Shown here piece by piece: positions 54,962 through 64,000 of a stretch of DNA of 64,000 nt. Source of the stretch: Lama guanicoe (lineage: Eukaryota); contig MU053652.1 in assembly GCA_013239625.1 (NCBI GenBank), forward strand, positions 6,439,902 to 6,503,901. Direction: 5' to 3'. The translations under genes and the position numbers were made by a program. Under the pieces are notes generated by a model. That model did no database searches. It saw only the letters and a list, made by a program, of their open reading frames with translations, and was not told where the DNA came from. Position 1 is the first letter of the stretch, and the number at the start of each line of letters is the position of its first letter.

Positions 54962-54971
54962 GTGACGTCAC
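54962..54971. promoter_or_regulatory. Full palindromic CRE (GTGACGTCAC)
   Basis: Perfect TGACGTCA with its CpG retained, in unique DNA. Confidence 0.4.
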
Positions 54972-55999
54972 TATGACTATTCTGGTCACAGCAGAGTGGA
55001 GCAATGCAATTGGCTGCACTGGCTTAGCCCCTGGGAGAGCAGCAGGATAGCAATGATTGTAAATTTAAAACAGACAAAAAAGATGCCATTTTTGAGATGT
55101 GGATACCTTCTAGTTGAACATAACTGTGACTTTAGAAAGACATTTTCCTGTTTTAAATTCACAGCAGTTGAACTTCTTGGATGTCGACTCCCCTCTCCAA
55201 GGGCTAAGCCAGCACGGCCATTTTGAAAGATTTGTTCCTCCGTGACCTGAGGAGCAAAAGACATTTCAAACAATGGGCTCAGAGGCAAAGCACACTGTGC
55301 ACGGGAGAATGACTAAAACATCCTGAAAGGGTTTCCAGTGACGGGGCCTTTGGAGAATTGTTCTAGCCCTAGACATGCTTTCCTGCAAAAGACTCAGATT
55401 TGAACACAGAGAAACAAAGAAAAACTAAAACAAACCTTGTTGTTAAGAGATTAATTTAAACAATCATCTGGGGGATTTCTTGTTTGCTTTCTTTCTTTTC
55501 TGTTCTATTGGTTTTGTTTTGTTTTCGGTTTGCCTCCTTAATTTGTATTAACATTGAAGAATTAAACAAGTTCATCAAATATATCAATTCTGGAGTGAGC
55601 CATGGGCAAAATGGTGATGAAATATTTGCCTTTGAGGGACATCTTGAGCTCCTTTTTTGATTTATAGGTTTCCCCTCCCCTTTTCCCCACTCCAATTCCT
55701 TTCTAGCTTTTAGCAGATCATTTCCTCTAATTTCCAAATCCAGTGGATCATCCTAGTGTTTATTATTGTCCCTCCCTAGAGCATTAGATGGAAAATACCC
55801 TTCCTCCCTTGATTTCTACCACAGAACTCTGCCAATATCCTCCTACTCCTTTCTGACTTTCTCTTGTTGGTCTCTTTGTCTCTTTGTTGGGATTATTGTC
55901 TGCTTTCTGCCCATTAAACTTCTTCCCCGATGCTATCATTCTTCTTTTTCTTCTTAGCTGTACTGCGTGGGGGTAATCACATCTAAAAACTTATTTTTA

Positions 56000-56330
56000 A
56001 TCTTTATGAATTAAGTTTATTTTTTGAATATGTAAAACAAAATAGGTAGAGAAGCCACATTTCCTGTCCTATCAGTTTCATATCAGTTCCACCCAACATA
56101 CATAATCAATTTGACTAGTTTTTGGTGCATTATTTCTTTGTTTATGTTTACAAAAATAAGAAAATATATATGTATTCTTACTTAGTTTTACTTAAGCAAA
56201 TGAGGGCATATTGTATATATTCATTTATCATGGTTTTCTTTTTCTATTAAAAATTTATTTTACAAATCACTCCACAACAGTTCATAAAACTTATTTTTTC
56301 ATTTATTTTTATATATATGTAGAATTCTAT
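56000..56330 (-). mobile_element. Old L1M 3' end
   Basis: T-rich tail; gcatattgtatatattc...aaatcactccacaacagttcataaaac. Confidence 0.5.
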
Positions 56331-56984
56331 TTTGGTCCCAATCCTCAGCCCTATCTGACCCGAAGCTAAAAGAGATAGAAACTTATTCAAATATGAAGTG
56401 AAGACTGTCTTTTTTTTCCAACTAAGATATTAGTTGGGAATTCTAGATTTTGACTTTCCTTTTCCCCACTTAAATTCTCCAGTGTTGTCAGAAGTGACTA
56501 CAACATGCCATCATCTTTGAAATCACTATTTTCACCAGAGCACCTCAGTATGAAAACTCCTTGATCACCCAGTGTCCTTTTCTCCATCTATACTTCATCT
56601 TATACTATCACTGGTGATAATTTAGCTAATAATCATGATTTCCCACATGCCATGATTTCTAGAATCCTATCCTCCAAATGAGAAGGATGATTTATGTTTG
56701 TGTTTTCTTTTGCCAGATACACTCTTAATCCAGGATTAACCTGTGTTAATTCATAAATTAGGCCAAAAGTTTTGTCATCAATAAATCATACTAAGACAGG
56801 GGAACAACTGACATCACCCTTTAAGCCTACATTTTAATGCATCTTTACATTGAGAATATTCAAGGGGTGTGCGTGTGCGTGTGCGTATGTGTGTTCAGGC
56901 TTGTCACTTCTTAAGTCTTTCCTCCTATTGCCTATTTGGCCATTAAAACCCAAGACTCTTGGGTATTCTACTCTGAGGTATGAT

Positions 56985-58105
56985 GTGGTGGTTGCTACAG
57001 GCCAGTGATCCTGGTAAAAATAACTTGGGAAAAGCCATCTAAATTTTAAAAATTCCATACTTTAGAAAGCATCAGAGGGCTATGGAAGCAATGAGGTTTT
57101 GAATTAATAAAGACTTTCTGAGGTGAAATGATAATGCTGACAACTGCCATCCATCCTATTCCTTCCAGGGGACGTGTGTTAATTCTTGGTATAGATTTAC
57201 AATTTTGCTTGTCCTATATAGAGACACTCTGCTGTGGTAAAAGGAAAATCACAAACGTTTTATGTGAAGGAGATGAATTGAAGTGAAAAGCATTGGAAGT
57301 TGGGAATATCAAATGTATGGCTGGTGTGCCCAAAGGAATATTTGTTTGCTGGGCTCTGAAATTGTGTAGAAGGCCACTGAATTACACCAAAATCTTGTAA
57401 AAGCATATGAAATATTCCAGTTTCACGGTATTTAAGAAAAAAGATCCGCTGGGAGAAAGGGCTGGACTGCAAGTTTACGGCCAGTTATCCAGTTAAGGCA
57501 TAAGTTGTATTTGAAGCTACACTGGGCAGGAAGCTGGCTATCTAGGCTGGGAAACTGCAGGAAAAACTGCTGGGTAATCCGGTGTCTTTAATATTGCAAA
57601 GTAAGATACTTAAACAGACCCACAATCAAAATTATAGGAAGACTATACTCAGGGAAAGGGGATGAACAGAGATAAATGTGACCTTCGAAAACTGCAACCA
57701 CACTTGACACAGTTTAATTTGTGTATCAGAGGAAAGTGACTACCTAATCTGGAAAAATAAGATATCATACAGAATTTCATGGTCCTTTATTTATATATAT
57801 CTAATGTCAAAAAAATTACTAAACTTGCAAAGAGGCAAGAAAATCTGGCTGATAATCAACACAAAAAACAAAAGAAGACACAAATAATCCAGACACAGGA
57901 ACTTGCATACAAATATTTTTAAATAAGTATATTAATACAGTAAATAAAATATATGGGAAAATGGCTCAAATAAATGAAAGAATGAAGATATTCAATAGAG
58001 AACTGGAATCTATAAAAATAATTGTATAGATGTCCTAAAGGTGTAGTATATTAAATTAAGAACCCAAGGAATAGATTTAACAGAAAATTGGACACCACAG
58101 ATGAG
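56985..58105 (+). mobile_element. Old L1M 5'/ORF1 remnant
   Basis: ttcaatagagaactggaatctataaaaa...gatttaacagaaaattggacac. Confidence 0.55.
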
Positions 58106-58988
58106 ATGAGAGGAGATGAGATGAATAATGAATGATGCAATAAAAAGCAACTTAACTGGACCCACCCTTCTTCAAATCATTTTTCCCCACTCAATCAGAA
58201 AAATCACTCTAAAATCCAAATTTGATTACTTTCCTCAAAAAAAAATCAATAGATTCTCAGTGCACTTAGGAATAGTATACATATTCTTTAATAGTCTTAA
58301 TATAATTTTACAAGACCTGTCCCTTTATATCTTTCTGGAACATATTGTCACTAAGCATACATTATATATTACTTAAATGAAATACAAGTTGCTGGTGGAC
58401 AGTGAAGAATTTCACCTAATAAAAATAGAAGATACACATACCAATTCAACTTGTTAAAGTGCTTATTTAAGAGACATTACAGGTTCCTGTCCAAGGGCTT
58501 GGCCAACTGAAAGTGATATGTTAGAAAATTTGGTCTGGCAGCAGGCTACAGACTAGATTTTAGTTGAGATAATTTCATTTTAAAGATAAACTTAAAAAAT
58601 TAAAATTACACACTCTTGGAACAGTACTCATTTCCAATAAACTCAAACCAAGACATAATCTTCCTTCCTGGGGCTTTCCTAGTGACCACTGAGAGACTTT
58701 CTGTATCCATTTTTTTTTTTGCCTTATTCACAAATCATCTGTGAATATTCCAGACCTGAACAACAGAAAGTCAATAATCCTCCACACAATTTCAGTTGGT
58801 ATTTATCTTTCTTGGGAACAAAAGTGTCAAAACTACATTATTTAAAGATTGGAAAATTTCTAATTATTACAAAGACGTTTATCAATTTATGTTTTGAGTA
58901 AGAATTATTAGCTTTACTAGTTGAGTTCCTCATATCTACAGAAAACTAAAAACAGGTTGAAATATGTTAACTTTGGAAGAGATAGATA

Positions 58989-59301
58989 CCCTGTCCCTTG
59001 GTATCTGTGGTGGATTGGCTCCAGGACCCCCAGCAGAAAACAAAGTACATGGATGCTCAAGTTTCTTACATAAAATGGTGTAATATTTGCATGTAATGTA
59101 TATACATCCTCCCATATACTTTAAATTATCTCTAGTTAACTTACAATACCTAATACAATAGAAATGCTACGTAAATAGTTGCTGGCATGAGACAAATTCA
59201 AGTTTTGCTTTTTGGAACTTTCTGAAATTTTTTTTGAACATTTTGATCTGTGGTTCATTGAATCAAAGGATCTGGAATCCACGAATACAAAGGGCCAACT
59301 G
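58989..59301. mobile_element. MER2 (Tigger-derived MITE)
   Basis: gtcccttggtatctgtg...ggattggctccaggacccc...ggatgctcaag...aatacaaagggccaactg; TA on both sides. Confidence 0.9.
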
Positions 59302-62229
59302 TATAAGTCGTTTGAAAATTCAGCTTAATAAAATGTAAAAGAAGGAAAATTTCAAAAGGCTGAATTCTTTTGAAATAAAGTTGGGCCCTATTGTTCTTTC
59401 AAACTGAAAAAATTTAATGTATTTTACTTCCCTAATAAATTGCATTACATAAAAATATAAGAATTCTTCTACTAAAATGAAAATAATTCTAAAGAACTCC
59501 TCCTATAAAAAAAAACCTCCCATTTGAAATAACACTAAAAAATGACATAGCAATTATGTGATACACATAGGAATACAGTAAAAACTTCCTGTATCAGAAC
59601 AATGATACTGAATTCCTTTTAAAATGTTTTTGTCATTAATTTCACATTGGATAGACTTAAGTATAATGGATGTTAAGAGAATATTAAGTAATTCAGATTC
59701 TTATAATGCAAATAATGGGAAACTACACAATCTCCATAAAATGAAATACAGAAACCCAGCAGTATTTTTCTCTCTGGCAGAGCTATACCTGAGTTATATT
59801 TTGCCCTTCTGCCTGATTACAAAAATTGACAGAACACAGTGCTAATCAAACGAAGGTAGTAGTATATGCTGTCTCATTTGATGCCATTTCAATCCTTACT
59901 TCCTTGGTCACAGAATATAAATCCAAATTTAGCAAACTTGCCAAAATATTCCATTCGTCATGAGAAAGAAGTGTTTGGGTCAAAACAAAACAGATTTTAC
60001 AAAAAAATTCTGAAAATACATGTACGCTTGGCTACTGTTGATCTGGTCCTAGCTCAAAGATCTTATACAAATGTGCCTCCTTAATACAAAACAATGTTGT
60101 TTCACAACAATCACTTCCAATACCAAGTCCAAAGTTAGTTTCAAGCTGGAGAAACATTTTTAAACACTTGCTGTACCAAATATTCACTTATATGAGTGCC
60201 TACTAAGGCAAGACAGCAGCATTAAGACATATTTGCTTGTTAAAGTGTTATTGTATTGATATGTGATTTCTATGATTGCCCAGGTGCTTTGCAGTTTTAT
60301 CATATATCTTACAATGCCTTGGTTAAAAGGCATTAAAGTTGAAGTTGAAGTTGAAGTTTTAAAAGCATAATAAATATGTATTGTAATATAGAAGCTGAGT
60401 AATTAAGCAGAACTCTAGCAATCTTACAATAATTTGTCAATATTATTGCTTTATATGGAACATGTGCACTGCAGAGAATTTACAATTTCTGTAGTTTGCA
60501 GAAACTACATATGCAGTGTCTCTCAAGCACTCAGTACACTTACTTTTAACAATTTCCCTGCAGGTTAAGTGCTATCGATTCCAATTTGTTTTTTCTTTCG
60601 TTTAGAGAAATTTAAAGGCCTTGTTCAGTTCAAACCATAGTTAAACCTCATTACAAAGCACCCTGCTCTACTGTATATGGAGTGATAATATATTGGCTGT
60701 GTCCCCACTATGCAAGGCAATGCCCCTGTAATGTCAGTAAAACATAGTCTCTAAGAGAATCTGTGCTTATTCCTAGCACTGGAATTCATCAGTATGTATT
60801 TATTTACTTATTTGGGTCATCCAGGTCTAATCAGATGCAGGTGAAGCAGCCTGCCATTCAGGCATGAGTCTTCATTTGACTCCTCAGCTTGCACAATAGG
60901 GAATTAACCTTGTCCACTATTAGTTTACTGTTAAAACATAGGGGATTCTCTGAGTTAGCAACATAAAATCTCTGTTCTGTGGGCATTTGCCCAAGAAGAG
61001 AAACTGGAGTTATTTACTGTAGAGATATTGTTGATGATCCGGTTCTATACATCGCAGCGTATGGTCCTTATGAGGATTCATGGGACAAGATTCACTGAGA
61101 TCTTAGAAACGGGAATAGACTTTCCAAACTTCGTCTTAACTTCAGGCACCGTCAGTCATGGAATGGAGGATCTTTCTCCCTTGACAGTGATGACCAGAAA
61201 GCTCAGAGCAAATTTGTAGCCCAGTTCGAGTAAGTGTGTAGGACCTTATGGCATGCACTTCATCCTTGGCTTCGTTTTATTTTTCTTACCATTAATACAC
61301 TTCACTGCTATTTCCACAGCTATTTATGTTGTACTGTTTGTGTTTTAAACAGTCCACATGATACAGTTTTACTCGGGTTCGGGAGGTAGAAGGGAAGCAG
61401 AAGCCAGCATTGCTTCTGCTGCAGAAGTGGGTGGGATACAGGCTTCCGTGGACAACCAAGGAGAATTCTAGTCCACAGGTTCTGAGAGCGCCCTTGCAGG
61501 GCACCCACTCTGGTCCCGTAGGCAGCTGAGATCGTTGGTAACAGTGGCCGATGATTTCTGCACTTCCTGTTTTAAAGAACACTGCAGTGGCCTCCCTGAC
61601 CCTCCTTCTGTCAATAGATCCAACATTCTTCAGCTTCTGATGTCCAGTATTAAGTTTTGTTTTTGTTTGTTTTTTGGTTTTTGGTATAAAAAACCTGGAA
61701 GTCACCGCTTCTCTGGTGACTCTCTTTGCTCTTCATTTATTCAAAGCAGGGAGACCTGCATTGGCCCTGATGGTTTCTGATTTCGCTCCTACAAAGAGGC
61801 CTCTCAAACAGAGTCTTCCCTTCAGCAAGTAGGGAAGACATGTTCTCCTGCAGAGCTTCCACTGGCTGAAAAGGGCCAAAAATGGGCCTATTCCCACAAC
61901 CGTTAACATACAACTGAGCCTCTGAAATCCGTTCATGCTCTGTAACCATCTTAAATTAAGGCTCAGTAACTAGAAAAGTGTATCACAATCCCATATGCTA
62001 TTAAATGACCATTCCTGTCCTCATCAGAATAGTGGGCAGAAATTCTTTTCTGGTTGGGTATTGGGGACAGGCAGTTCAGTATATTTCTGGTGTTTACTGG
62101 AAACATACACAGATACACACACAGACACACACAGACACATATACATTTGGAATCTGCAATTGTGTAACACATATGCACTTAAATTTGATGAAGCCAAAAC
62201 AAATACTAGCTGTTTCTCATGGCTCTAAA

Positions 62230-62500
62230 TCAGCTTCATCTAAGTGTTCCCCATGTTGGTAAAACGAAGCACCATCTTCCAGATGCTCAGGCCAAAAATC
62301 ATAGTCATTATTTAAAGCTTTTTTTCCTTCACCCCTGCATTCAGTCAGTCAGTCAACTGAATTAGTTCTAGTTCTGCTCACATCTCAAATCCGTGTGTGT
62401 CTTCCTTTCTTTACTCTTCTCACTTTAGTGCCTGGTTTGCTATCACCTCTCTGTGCGATTACTGCTGAGTCGTTGGCCTGGATTCTCATCATTACCACTG
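62230..62500. mobile_element. L2 fragment
   Basis: gcaccatcttccagatgctcaggccaaaaatc. Confidence 0.6.
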
Positions 62501-63419
62501 ACCTAGATTACATAGCATATAAATGCATATATATACATACACATATACATGATAGTTGGTAATCTTCAGTTTTTAGGTTTAATTGTAAAAATTCTGGATC
62601 ATAGACTCCTTTTTCAAAATTGGGAGATTTGACTGCACTGGCTCTCCCTTCCCACACAGCCACAGGGCATGTGATTTTTAGGTTGCCAATGTGCCAAGCC
62701 ATTCCTGAGGTGTCCCAACTCTGAGGACAGGTATCAGCTGCCGATTTTTACTTTTTATACTTACACTGCTGTTTTTCTCATAGTAAAAATGAGAGAAAAG
62801 AAAACTGTTTCCTGCACAACAAACACATCTCTATCAAAAAAATATAAAGTAAAAATACACCTGAAGTATAGTGTGATTCTAAAAAAAGTTGAGGGAAACA
62901 TATATCTCTACAAGTGAAGACTATTCCCTCATATTTAATACTCAAGCTTAGAGCATCCATCGTTGAGATAATAAAATTTAGGTGCCACCGTAATACCTCA
63001 GCTGGAGGTATGTGAGTATGGGACTACTGCTCCAATAATACTTCTTTATTCATAACAAAGATGCACATCATGCTTTATGGTTTAAAAATGTCATTAACCA
63101 TGATATTTCACTGGATCCTCACAACACTGCCAAGAAGGGAATGGTGAAGACGAAGGAAGGGCCAGTAGGAGAAGCTGATCTGTGTAAGTGCACGCAGCCA
63201 ATGATAAAGCAGGGAATAAATTTTAGTCTTTGGACCTTAAGGCTTGCACTTCTTCTAACCCAAAGGATACACATCCTATAACATCTCAGTATAAAGAGAT
63301 TTAACATGTCTATCTCATTTGCTTATCATATTCACAGCATTGATACTTAGAGTTCTTCAATCAGAGGATACGAGTGCATTTCTATCGATCATGACACTTT
63401 GACTTCAAGGAGACAGTCA

Positions 63420-63590
63420 GGTTTAACAGACAGAATTCAAGTCTTGGGTTTACATTCCAGTTCGGACATCTACTACCTTCTGTGGGGACCAAAACGTGAT
63501 GTAAGTTCATGAACTGAACTTACTCTGCGAGGCTATAGAGGGGAATAAGTGAGATAATATATGTAAAGTGTCCAGCAGAGTTAGGGCTGC
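63420..63590 (+). mobile_element. MIR fragment
   Basis: ctgggtttacattccagttc-like start; gtgagataatatatgtaaagtg. Confidence 0.5.
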
Positions 63591-64000
63591 TTCTCTTTGC
63601 TCCACATGGCTGGCCACCTTGCCCCCTACCCAATCCACACTGGGCAGCACATCACACAAACCAGAATACAGTGGGTCTGCTCAGACCATCGCTCCAACAA
63701 TGCCCAATAATCCTTGAGCCATGTCCTACAGCTTTTGCTCTAGAATAAATGTTCAACAAATAATAGGTGTGAAGTGACACATGAGAAGTGATTGTTACCT
63801 CTTCCCCATTACCAGGAAAAATGAGAATTTAGCTTGAAATATCTTTCATTACTGATGCCAGGTAGCTATTTTCCTAGTAATAATATTTTCCTCTATCCTG
63901 AACAAATCATAGTGGTGTCTAGAACCCAAAATTTACCTGTGACATCACTGATTTCTACTACCTAAGCAACTGCTCATTAAAATCAAATTTTAGGTACATT

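Larger units (their letters stand above)
54130..61389 (+). pseudogene. Candidate 4-exon small-protein gene or pseudogene (54130-54133, 54652-54712, 61023-61229, 61353-61389)
   Basis: GT-AG sites with compatible phases (1,2,2); spliced frame of 102 codons with one internal TGA at 61096; no family recognised. Confidence 0.3.

Noticed and set aside
58754..58798. 45-nt phase-2/2 candidate exon (PEQQKVNNPPHNFS)
   Set aside because: Weak gtattt donor, and joining it to 61023 creates TG|A, a stop; left out of the gene model
60467..60518. Small inverted repeat (tgtagttt-gcag-aaactaca inside cactgca/tgcagtg)
   Set aside because: Stem too short for a pre-miRNA; expected by chance in 64 kb
61028..61219. 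63-aa ORF containing ILETGIDFPN, reminiscent of SF2 helicase motif V
   Set aside because: Single short motif with no other helicase motifs and a TTG start; likely coincidence
1..64000. CRISPR arrays, operons, tRNA or rRNA genes
   Set aside because: None seen; the sequence is mammalian, repeat-rich non-coding DNA

Overview
AT-rich placental-mammal genomic DNA. It is Laurasiatherian-type, and the young L1 3' UTR plus the absence of Alu/B1/Bov-tA/PRE/SINEC suggest a camelid (inference). There is no prokaryotic content and no intact known protein-coding gene I can recognise. Much of the window is interspersed repeat: L1, L2, MIR, MaLR/ERVL LTRs and MER2/MER20 DNA transposons. Main structures: (1) a 2.3-kb L1-derived element with both termini and a 17-bp TSD but two precise internal deletions whose junctions look splice-like (43210-45518); (2) a nested tandem triplication (periods 1688 and 2107 bp, 46163-52195) of an ancient ERVL pol remnant, with an apparently identical, CpG-enriched core and diverged edges; (3) a candidate unannotated multi-exon + strand gene or pseudogene (53958-61389) with X-box/CRE/TATA promoter motifs and phase-compatible exons carrying one in-frame TGA; (4) weaker exon-like signals at 359-399 and 11326-11837. 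Repeat family names come from recalled consensus features, and boundaries are approximate unless TSDs or junctions are given.
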